Shown one piece after another: positions 50,108 to 64,000 of a stretch of DNA of 64,000 nt (its first letter is position 1; every line of letters begins with the position of its first letter). The stretch lies in assembly GCF_009914755.1 (NCBI RefSeq), contig NC_060931.1. One strand, 5' to 3'. The position numbers were made by a program, and so were the translations under genes. This stretch comes from the human T2T-CHM13v2.0 reference genome, Homo sapiens. The notes under the pieces were generated by a model, which was given only the letters and a program-made list of their open reading frames with translations, had not been told where the DNA came from and searched no databases.

Positions 50108-52441
50108 GTAACTCTGTTTTAATGTTTTTAAGACTCACCGCCCTTTATCATGGTGTCTGCACAGTTTTACATTCCCACCAGCAATGGACAAGGGTTTCAA
50201 TTTACAAGCATTACAATTTCTCCACATCCTCACCAACAGTTGTTATTTTTCTTTTATTCTTCGTTATTGCTATAACCATCTTAGTACATGTAAAATGGAA
50301 TCCTATTGTGGTTTGTATTTGCATTTTCCTAATGATTAATGACATTGGGCATTTTTTCATGTGCTTATTGGCCATTATTTTTGGAGAAATGACTGTTCAA
50401 CTCATTTTATTGAGTTGCTTGCCTTTTTGTTGTTGAGGTTTAAGACTTTTTTATATTTTGAATATTAAGCCCTTATCAAATATATGATTTGCAAATATTT
50501 TCTCCCATTCTGTTTGCTGTCTTTTCACTGTCTTGATAAAATATCCCATTATGCAGGTGAGTTTTTAATTTTAATGAAATCCAGTTCATCTATTTTTTTC
50601 TTCTGTTGTTCATGTTTTGGTGTCATTTCTAAGAATCTGCTGCCAAATTCTGGGTAAGAAAGATTTAAACCTTTATTTTCTTTTAAGAGTTTTATGATTT
50701 TTAGATATTGCCTTTAGGCCACAGGCCAATTTTGAGTTAATTTTTGTATATGGTATGAGGTAGGGGACCAACTTCATTCTTTTGCACATGGCTTTCTAGT
50801 TGTCCCAGCACCATTTCTTGCAAAGGCTAATCTTTTCTTCACTGAATAGACTTGGCACTCTTGTCAAAAATCAGTTGGATGCAGAAGTCTGGGTTTACTT
50901 TTGGACTCTGAATTTTATTCTATTGTTTATATGTCTGTCCTTATGCCAGTACCACACTGTTTTGATTACTGTAACTTGGTGGTAAATTGGGAATTGTGTG
51001 TATTTTGACTTTTTTAAAGATTATTATGGTTATCCAGGGACCTGTGCAATTCCATATGAATTTTAGGATAGGCTTTTCCATTTCCATAAAAAATGGTTGT
51101 TGGAATTTTGAAAGGGATTGTATTGACTCTGTAGATTTCTTTGGGAAGTACTGCCATCCTGACAATATTAAGTCTTCCAAGCCATGAACATCAGATATCT
51201 TTTCATTTATTTGTGTTTTCTTTAATTTCTTTAAGCAATGTTTTATAGTTTTTAATGCACAAGTCTTTTACCTCAAATTTATTCCTAGATATTTTATTAT
51301 TTTAGATGCTATTGAAATAGAATTGCTCTCTTAAATTTCTTTTCAAATTATTCATTGCCACTATATAGAAAAACAGCCTTTTTTTGTGTGTCAATCTTGT
51401 AACCAGCAAGTTTTCTGAGTTCAATTATTAGCCCTAGTATCTTCTCATGAATTATTTGAGGTTTTCTATAGACAGGATCATACTAACCGTGAATAGAGAT
51501 AGTTTTATTTCTTCCTTTCCAATTTGGATGCTTTTATTTTCTTTGCCTAGTTGTTCTGGCTAGAACTTCCAATAAATGTTGAATAGCAGTGGTGAAATTG
51601 GAAATCCTTGTCTTGTTCCTATTTTAGGGGGAAAGCTTTCATTATTTCACCATTGAGTAAAATGTTAGCTGTAGGTTTTTCATAAAAGACTTTATGATGA
51701 GGAAGTTCCCTTCTCTTCCTACTTTGATGTGTTTTTTTTTTCATTATAATAGATCATTGGATTTTGTTAAATGCTTTATCTGCATCAATTGAGATGACCA
51801 TGAGTTTTTTTTTTTCATTCTTCATTCTGTTAATGTGTTGTATTATGTCCATTAATTTTTGTAGGTTGAATCACCCTTACATTCAAGGAATAAATCCCAT
51901 TTGGTCATGATGTATAATCCTTTTAATATGCTGTTGTATTCACTTTGCTACTGTTTCACTGAGGATGTTTTTTATCTGTCTCATTAGAGATATTTACCTA
52001 TACTTTTCTTGTGATGTCTCAATCTGGCTTTGGTATCAAGGTAATGCTGGCCTCTTACAGTGAGGTAGGATGTATTCCTCCCTCTTCTATTATATGGAAG
52101 AGTTTGAGAAGGATTTGTGCTAATTGTTTGTTATATGTCTGAAATAATTCACCAGTGAAACCATCTGGTCCTGAACTTTTATTTGTTGGGAGGTTTTGGA
52201 TTACTGATTCAATATCTTCACTTGTTATAGGTGTTTTGTTATTTTTCTTCTTTGTGAGTCAGCTTAGGTAGTTTGTGTGTTTCTAGGAATTTGTCCATTT
52301 CACGTAGTTTATCTAATTTGTTGGAGTACATTTGTTCATAGCAATCCTTTACAATCCTTTCTATTTCTGTGAGCTCCCACTTTCATTCCTGATTTTAGTA
52401 ATTTGTATCTTCTCTCTTTTTATCTTCGCCACTCCAGCTAA

Positions 52442-52808
<367 letters not shown>

Positions 52809-54472
52809 TGCTTTTCTATTCTCTATTTTGTTTATCCTGTGCTAATCTGTATTATTTCCTTCCTCCTGCTAACCTTGGGTTTAGTGTGCTCTCTTTTTAC
52901 TCATTCTTTTAGGTGTAAAGTTAGATTATCGATTTGAGATCCTTTTCTGTTTTATAATATAAGCATTTATAGCCATAAATTTCCCTTTTAGCATAGTTTT
53001 TTCTGTAAGTTTTCGTATGTTGTTTTAAAATATTTTTTCTTTATTTTGTTTTAAAATATTTTCCCTTTAGTTTTGCAAAAATCATATATTGTTTATTATA
53101 GTGTGGTAAAATTGGAAATCAGACTGCCCTTCTTCCAGAGGTCTCCTGTTTTTGTTGTTGTTGTTGTTGTTGCGGGCTGTGATTGTTTGTCTGTTTTGTG
53201 ACTTTTCTTAACTATTTTTCAGACTGTACTCCTTGCCATTGGTGTCACTGAAGTCTGTTCCTTAGATATTGTTCAGTTAGCTTTTTCCAAAGGTTTCCTT
53301 GAATATCAAGGGAAAGAGAGGAAGACAGAGAAAGAAGACAAAGAAGGAGGGAGGAGAAGATAGGAGAACCTCTTGTAGTCTCTGCAGAATTGTTCTGTGC
53401 TTGGACCTTCCTTCACCCCTTAACTGGATTTCCCAGGAGCCTCAGAATCCACCTGGGATGAAAGCTTAAGGTCTTCTCAGTTTTTTTCTGATCATGCATC
53501 TTACCTTGGGCAAGTGCATGGTGTTCTAGATTCCTCCAAATACATGGGTGCTTTAGAATGCCCGAATATCCCAAGGAAGCTCTTTCTGGGCTCTTTCTCC
53601 CTCACTCTAGTAGGCCTCTGCATGTCTCAACAGTTGTCTTTTGGCCTGGGTAGTTGGCTGCAGGTTGTTGTCAGCCTTACGGTGTTTTCGAGCATCATCT
53701 ACTGCTCTTCCATCCCGAATGGCTTCTGAGTTAGGCAAAACAGAGGCCTGCATCTTCTGTTGGTCTTTCAAGTAGCTCCAGACAGTTTCAAACAGACATG
53801 CACAATAATTTATGAATGCTGTCTGCTCCCTTCTGAACCCGGGACCAAGTTCCCAGCATGGGAATGGAGACTGCTGCTGAGCAGGGGAGGGTGAAGCAAG
53901 GACAATCAAGACTGCCTCAAAGCTTTCCTGCCATTTTTAAGTTGCCTTGTTCGTGATTCAGTGCTTGCTTTGTTGCTGTAAACCTTTGACTGTTTTCCAC
54001 GTTTCTAATGAAGCTGGTTCTGACAGTTCCTGTTTGTTTTTCAGTGCTCCTGTGGGAAGAATGGGAGGGGTAGAGCTGCCTACTCTCAATTTTTTCTGAT
54101 ATCCCTCTATATTTATTCTTAAAGATCTTATTTTTTGTAAAGAATTGTAAATGGAATACTTTTCTGTCATGTTTTCTTGCTGAAATTTGCCATGTAAAGA
54201 TGTAATTGATTTTGTATATTGCTTTTATAAGAATATGCCAGTTCAGGAAGAGGAGGAAGAGAATGTGCAGTTCAGTTGTTTGTGTGGTCCGTGGGGTAGG
54301 AGAGAAAGGCAAAAGCTTCTTGAGGAACAGTGATGAAAGAGTTGATCTCTGAAATCTGAGTACCTTGGATCAAGTAATAGATTCTCTCCTATCCATTTTG
54401 ATATCTTTGATAATTTACTGAAGTGTGTAACCCTCAGTTTTCCCAGCTGAAAAATGGGAGTAACATGAGCAC

Positions 54473-55740
54473 TGAATCAATTAGCTTTGGCTGTATAACC
54501 AACCGCAAAACGTAGTGGCTTCAAGTAACAATTGTTTTATTTAGTTCTTGCTTTTGTAAGTGGCTGATATGTCTGGGCTGGTGTGGTCTCTGGCAATGTG
54601 GTTCCTCACCTTCCCATAAGCTAACTCATAATCCTCCACATAGTGGGCTTAGGACTCCAAAAAGCATCAAGAGAGGGCAAACTCCAATATGCAAGTATTT
54701 TTGAGACTCTGTTTGTATATCACTTGCTGTAGTCCCATTGTCCAAAGCAAGTCACATGTCAAGTGAAAGTCACACCTAAGGGTGTGCCTTCAGAAGGGCA
54801 GACCCAAACACAGAGGTCTATTATGGTAACAAGCCAGCCTCCTGATCCACCCACCTCCAACTTGCAAGATATATCAACCTTATCCCAGCACCCAGAATGC
54901 TCATTCCATGCAACCTCAGTCTCAAAGTCCGGATGTCTCTCTACTTTGGGCAACATTTCATGGTTCAGTGGAACAATGTCCTTAAGATTCTTACAAGCCC
55001 ATTTGTCCAGTTGAGAAAGTCTACTCGGCACCATCTTAAATTGCTTAGGTTTTAATAAAAGACTTTTACAGCCATACCTTGCTTTTATCATTTTTTCTTT
55101 TTTTAAATTTTCTTCCTTCCTTTGAGAATCTTTTGCCAGTGGAGAGATTAGAAATGTGAAACGGTTTCATTCTTCCATCCAGCAAGTCCTGGCTCCTTCA
55201 TATCGCCTCTAAATTCTGCTTCTAAGCCAAACAATTCCTTCTTTGGATTGTTTCTCACTTGCTTATCTTATCAGACCCAGCTGGGAGAACCAATAGACCC
55301 TTCGCCAGATGTGTTCACTGGGTATGCTTTTTTCAAGATCCTCTAGCTGTCAGCTGTGCCAGGTGTCTTGCTATGGCCTAACACTGGTTGCCACTTTTCC
55401 TGTCCTGACTGGCGTTCTTCCCTCATTGCTTTTCTAACCCCTGCCTTACACTCTGTCCTGAAACTAATGCTGCAGGCTCACTTAGGGCTCTCCTGTGGTG
55501 GTCTCAGGCTTGCGAGTGCAGTAGTGAGCCAAACCCTGCAGGCAAGCCCTTTGCAAGCCTCTGCTTGCATTACATTTGCTAAGGGTTCGTTAGTCAAAGC
55601 AGGTCACACGGGCAAGCCCTGAATCTTTCGAGTTCGGGCTTGCCCATGTGACTCAGAAAAGACGGAAAACAGCCTCCTTCTTGATGGGATGAAATGCAAC
55701 ATCCTGTCACAAAAGATGGTCAGTTTTGACATCTATCACA
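54473..55740 (-). mobile_element. MLT1H-like MaLR remnant: LTR, deleted internal region, partial LTR
   Basis: The LTR motif '(ca)aagcaRgtcaca' occurs twice (~54745, ~55597), with MLT-int-like sequence between. Confidence 0.65.
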
Positions 55741-56717
55741 GGTGCCTCATTTGCAGGATTGTGGTGCATTACTAGAAAGAGGCAGTAACATACAAGCATC
55801 TGCTTCAGAGGATGATGGTCCACAGCTGGGTAGGCTGGAATTCTACACAAAGCGCAGCTTCCCTTTATGGCATTTAGGTTCCTGTATTTGCTGAATTGGA
55901 TCTACATTTGCTTCCTTTCAACTCAGACAACCCGAGGCATGCCTGAGGCGGGAACATGCCTGAAATGGCTCCATTGGAGCAGCAGCACAGCAAAGCCACC
56001 TTCTTCTGAGGACACACAGACCCAGAAGCCCACCTGTGTCCTCTTCTCGATAGAAGCAAAATCATAAGTGAAACTTTAAACTACAGCCGGGATAATTCAG
56101 GACTGATCTCATTATCTTTGTAACCATCTCGTTAGAGAGACAGATGGCTCAAGAAATGTAAATAGCCAAATGTCTCCCTGGGGGTCCTGCAGCTATGTGG
56201 GGAGCCTCTCGAGAGAACAACACACACAGACTAGCCTGCAAGGAAGGCCTTTCCCTTTCAGTCAACTTCATCTAAAGAGATCGAAACTTTGTCCATATCC
56301 CTTAACAATGCCATAGGAATATGATATTGACCAAACTATCACTAAAAATATACTTAAAGATTTTTTCATTCCTGAAGATTGCCAGAAAAGAAGAAGCATG
56401 AGAAACTCAGAAAGGCCGTCCTTACATTTACATATTCAGTGTCAGCAGCTGCTCCCTAGCACAGAGAGGACAGATCTGGAGGACGAAGTAAGGGAAGGAG
56501 TACAGGTCAACTGAGAGGCGGAGGTGGGCCTCCCAAGCGAAGGAAAATGTTAAGAAAGGGTGCACCATACCAAACACAGTATGTCTCATGTGCTGACATA
56601 GTCTTCTTGTTCTGTTAAAAATAAAAGACTGAACAGGTAACTAAAGGCTACACAGAGGACACAGGTGCTGTGTGGTGCTGGAGGCACAGGAGACATCTGA
56701 GGCATTCACCCTCCTGA

Positions 56718-57227
<510 letters not shown>

Positions 57228-57697
57228 TAAGTGAGGAAAACCCAAGTGAATGATTCATTCACCCTACAGTGACTGTATTTTGGTGTTTTTGTGTAACATT
57301 AATAGATGCTGTTTCCTAAGAACTTGGAATAATTTAGGTTTCATTAATAGGAAATATACGCTGTTTCTTTTAAAGCCGAGACTTGTTTTAAACCTCTTTA
57401 GCCAAGTCAATTTTGTAGATATTTCAAAGTATTGATGGTTCATTTCCTTGATCATAAATCAGTGATGATACATTTGTTTAGTATTTGTGAGATGAAGCAC
57501 ATCTAATTCAGAGCCACCATGTCTACCTGGGGAGTATATGTACTGTATTTTATAAAAATACCTAAATCACATAGAATTAGAAAAAGTACCTCAAAATGTT
57601 CCCATATGTGGATTTTCATCATATGGTTCTACATGTATGTTTAACTTTTCTAAGCATTAATTTGCAACATTTAAATGTAATGATCTCATGTAGGGAG

Positions 57698-58084
<387 letters not shown>

Positions 58085-58184
58085 TAAGCTATGAATTAAG
58101 AAAATATTAGTTGTTTATCTTTCTGAGTTGTAGGGAATTTTTGAAACCCGTACAAGTGAGGAAACATTTACACTTCCTTTTTTT

Positions 58185-58500
58185 TTTCCATAAATATTCA
58201 TGGAACACTAGTTATGTGCTTAAACACTACAGTAAGGTTGAGGGCACAAATATGAATAAAACATGGTATCCTACAGCTTGGGAGAAGAGGCAGACATTGA
58301 CTATAATTCCATGAGATAATTGTTATAAATTAAGCCTTTGCAAAATACACAGTGAATGAATGGAGGAAATAATTCCTCCACCCAGGAATCTGGGGGAGAA
58401 TATTAGAGGAAGTAATACTGAACAAGGTCTGAAAGGGTGGGTTCATCTGGCCAGGAGGAGAAGGGGAGGAAGGACTATTTCAAACAAAGCAACGATTTTA
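58185..58500 (-). mobile_element. L2 3' fragment
   Basis: 'taaatattcatggaacactagttatgtgct...caaatatgaataaaacatggt'. Confidence 0.6.
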
Positions 58501-58699
58501 ACAAATCAAAGCCTACACTAGGGTAGCAAATCGGATATAGGGAAAAAATTATCTTGTATATTACAAAAGTAGGTGCTATGGTTGCTGTATCATGATATTT
58601 CTAAGCTTTATATGTTTTATATTTTTATACTGATCCTTTTGCAAAGATTGAAATCCTTATTTTAACCTTTTGGCTAAGGAATTAAAAAATAGTCCTAAA

Positions 58700-59600
<901 letters not shown>

Positions 59601-60984
59601 TTTTAAGAGGTGAGTAAGTGGGAGTGGTGACTGGCACTTACACAGCTGAATACAGGGCATGTCTTACGAGTAGGATTTTCACACCTGCACAGGGAAGCTG
59701 AGGCTATAGCTCACATGTGCATCAGGAAGGCCGAAAAGGGCTCCCCTTCTGAAAGAAGAGTTGGGAAACCATGACGTTATCATGAGTAGACAACAAAGTT
59801 TCTCCTCACTAATCCACACTGCTGAAAATGCAACCTGCATGATAATGCATGATTGGAAAAGAGTCATCCACAAAAAAGGAATATAGACTGTGTACCTCAT
59901 TTATACTGATGCTTGTGGGAGAATCCCAGTTCAAGAAACCATCAACAAAACATATTAATAACAGGTGAACTCCATAGAACCTAGGCAAAATGACTACGGA
60001 ACTGCTCCAGGAAATATGATAAACTCTCTTAGAAGAAGACCCCTTTGCACAATGAGTTGATAATCAAAATGGTAAAACATGCTAAAAAATGCAAAACCAT
60101 GAAAAGTATTCCACAGAACCAATAAATTGGAGAATTCAACCCTAAGAATGGAGAGCTAATGGAGCCATCCAAGAAGGACTTCAAAGTAGTATTTCATAAA
60201 TACAAAAGGTGATAAAGGAATAAGATATCAATTTATAGCAAAATTCAAGTGGTAAAAATAAAAACGAATAATAATATCTATTGTTGGTATCTTAATGAGG
60301 CTTCTTACAGCCTTCCATGTAAAAAATTGGGCATTTTTGCCTAAAACTGAAATTTCATGGACCTTTTGATCCAAGTCGGATTCCCTGAAGCACTGTGCAA
60401 TTAAAACCCCTGCGCATTAAGGTATATCCCATGGTTTTCTTTATTATAACATTGCTTTTAATAAGAAAATATGAAATTATGGTGAAAACTCATCAGTAAT
60501 GAAATGGCAGAATAAAATATACTGTATACATTCATGAGCTAATACACAGTGACTAAATCAGTGACTTTGTTACAGATGAGTTGGCTTGGTGGGGTTTCCA
60601 TTATGTGTCTTTAAGCAGAAAAACGAATGACAGAAAAATTGATTAGTATCTCATTTTTCCTACAAGAAGCATTGAGAAAAACAAAAACCTCTATGGTTTT
60701 TATTCATTGTGATATGAGAATGGAATGTCATGGAAAGAAACATACTAGGATGATACTGTTGTTCTGTGCAAATGTTGGGCAGGGGATTTAGATCAGGTAA
60801 GGAAAAAAATCAAAACAAATAAATGGTTTGTTTTAAAAATATTGTCCTTGGAAAACAGCATGCATTTTGTAATTACATTTAAGGGAAATTATACACCCAA
60901 TCAAAGACATACATACATGTACATGTATGCATATACATACATATGTGCATATATAATGTTTTTTGTATGTATATGTGTGTATAT

Positions 60985-60986
<2 letters not shown>

Positions 60987-61038
<52 letters not shown>
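60987..61038. repeat. (AC)26 microsatellite
   Basis: Uninterrupted run, seen directly. Confidence 0.98.
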
Positions 61039-61039
<1 letters not shown>

Positions 61040-61651
61040 GAGAAAGAGAGGGAGGGAGGGAGGGTAGGAAGAATAAGGGGAGACAAGAAAGAATGATGAA
61101 GTAATATATAGAAAAAAATTAATAAACTAAACAAAACTAAGTAGATGAATAATATATATTTAAAGAACAGTATACTATGAAACAGAAACCTGTAGTTAAC
61201 ATATGGAAAGCAATTAAAAATATCCCAGTGAAAAATATTTGATCATTGAAACTAAAAATCCAGTTGATTGGTCACATTTAAGGAGAGAATTAGTGACATC
61301 GCTGGGGGTGGAGGTGGAGAGACAGAGGGGCTACTGTTGAAGAGACAGTGACTGAGGATTTTTGAGAAAAAAGTTAAAACATGAAAGGTCTTGGATTTAA
61401 TGTGTCCACCAAGTGTCAAGTTAGATGTGCCGGGAACAATGACAGAAATGGTGTCAAGAAAATTGGGTTTACACAGAAAAAATTAGATTAGATCACTACC
61501 TCATAGTATATGCAAAAATAAATCCTAGGTGGTTTAAAACTCTAAGTGTAGGGAAAAAAAGTAAGATTCAATATCTGTGAGTAAGAATCTATGGCTTACG
61601 GGGAATGAAAATTTTAAGATACACAAAAAAATACAAAACAGGAAAAAACTA

Positions 61652-62144
<493 letters not shown>

Positions 62145-62244
62145 TCAACCTTAGTAGTTTTCAGGGAACTGCAAAACAATACAAACGAAAGCAAATTCTT
62201 ACCCAGTAATTTGAAGAGAAAAAAGAAATTTGAGAGTAACAATT

Positions 62245-62607
62245 TGTCTTGGTCTGTTCGGGCTGCTATAACAAAATACATGAACTGGATGAAATGTAGA
62301 CAACAGACATTTATTTTTTACAGTTTTGGTGGCTGGAAGTCCAATATCAAGAGGCCTGCAGATTCAGTGCCTGGTGAGGGCCTGCTTCCTGGTTCATGGA
62401 TGGCCCCTTCTCCCTATGTCCACCTTGTAATGGAGGGAGAGCAGGAGCTCTCTTGGGCCTCTTTCATAATGGCACTAATCCCACCATGAGTGCTCCACCC
62501 TCATGAACTAATCACCTGCCCAAGTCACCACCTCCTGATACCATCACCTAGGGGGTTAACATTTCAACATATGAAATCTGGGGGGCACAAACATTCAGAC
62601 CATTGCA
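62245..62607 (-). mobile_element. MLT1A-like MaLR solo LTR
   Basis: 'tgtcttggtctgttcgggctgctataacaaaatac...ggcacaaacattcagaccattgca'. Confidence 0.9.
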
Positions 62608-63276
62608 CAGCGGTTGGCTAGAGTGTAAAGAAATGATGGTGCACACAGCTGGTGTGAGCATGAGTTGGAAGGACTTCTTTGGAAAAAAGTTTGCCAGTAT
62701 ATTTTAGAATTGTAAATGTGCATAGCCAGGCATTATGCAGTAATCATGAATTTTTGCTTGTGGGTTGATAAAGAGATGCTCTCATGCATTTTATACAGGG
62801 AAACTTCAACATGTATATTTGTTAAATCATTGTTATTAATGACCAAAAATACAAAATAGAAACAGGCTGAATGTGGCCATCAAGAGAAAAATGGATTAAT
62901 TAATTATGGAATATTCATATAATGTACTACTACACAGCATTTATATTTATGCCAACATGGAGAAATGTCAAAACATATAATTAAGTAAAAAAAAAAAACA
63001 ACAAAAAAAAGATGAAACAGTATTAGTATGATACATTTATTTATTGCAAATTCAAAGAAAACCAATGCATTATATTGTTTGGAGTGTGTGTGTGTGTGTT
63101 TAGCATATGCACACACTATAGCATACATGGCATATTTTGCTAGTGGCTTTCCCTGAGGAAGGAGTAAGGACGGGACTGGAGTTGGTGGGCAAAGGATGCC
63201 CTTGCTCTATGTGTTGTAGCCAAGGTTTTGAAAAAGTGAAACTATATACATGCACACACCCACACACACACACACA

Positions 63277-63622
63277 CAGTCATGTGCCTCATAACCACAT
63301 TTCGGTCAACTATAGACTGCACATAGGATGGTGGTCCCATAGAATTACAATACTGCATTTTTACTCTACCTTTTCTATGGTTAGATATGTTTAGATACAC
63401 AAATCTTTACCATTGTGTAACAGCTGCCTACAGTATTCAGTACAGGAACATGCCGTGCAGGTTTGTAGCCTAGGAGCAATAGGCTATATCGTACAGCCTA
63501 GGTGTGTAGAAGGCTGTACTATCTAGGTCTGTGCAAGTGCACCCTCTGATGTTCACATAACAACAAGATCACAAAACATCACATTTCTCACAATGTATCC
63601 TCGTTGTTACATGACGCATGAC

Positions 63623-63624
<2 letters not shown>
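63277..63624 (+). mobile_element. Tigger3a (MER7A) TcMar-Tigger MITE
   Basis: TIRs cagtcatgtg... / ...acgcatgacta; 348 bp; internal 'caggtttgtagcctaggagcaataggctat'. Confidence 0.9.
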
Positions 63625-63653
<29 letters not shown>

Positions 63654-64000
63654 ATGTATATATATACATGGAGAGAAAGAGAGAAATATAGCTGTTAGGT
63701 TTAGGTGACAGGATTGGGGGTATTTATGTTCTTCCTTTTTCTTTTCTGGAATTTATAAAATTGCTGTAACCTTTACTTATAAAATTATTATAGAAAGACT
63801 CCACTAGCAGGCCTTGAGTTGGGGCACCTTTGCTATAGGACTGTGAGGTGATGAGAGACCAGGAGCCTCACGTCTCACTTGTCTATCCTTTTCCTACTTC
63901 AGTAAAGATTCCTGCCCCTCTTCCCTAATTCAGAATTCAGAGAGTATGGCCAGAACCTGCCTGTTGGTTCTTCCTATTTGTATGAGAGAGTGAGATTCTT

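Noticed and set aside
60833-61134. His/Thr- and Cys/Val-repeat ORFs
   Set aside because: Translations of the (AC)n microsatellite.

Overview
This is primate (catarrhine, probably human) non-coding DNA, either intergenic or deep intronic. It is dominated by interspersed repeats: nine Alus (J, S and Y types), young L1PA 3' ends, large old L1M fragments, many solo LTRs (ERV1, ERVL and MaLR), L2/MIR/L3 relics, and DNA transposon remnants (MER5A, Tigger3a and a hAT-Blackjack transposase fossil). I can support no intact protein-coding gene, RNA gene or CRISPR array; the recognisable ORFs are L1, Alu or LTR translations or simple repeats. The structure not explained by repeat annotation is a series of local template-switch scars. 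These are a ~96% identical inverted duplication flanking 1.67 kb (5621-5760 / 7429-7587), a ~150-bp inverted copy of a neighbouring L1 segment inside an LTR (12366-12516 from 14305-14452), a perfect 83-bp duplication carrying a 22-bp palindrome, and several fold-back micro-triplications. There are also two adjacent twin-primed L1 insertions and a few isolated strong splice-signal clusters. I see no convincing novel biological system. Subfamily names come from remembered consensus sequences and need RepeatMasker/Dfam confirmation.
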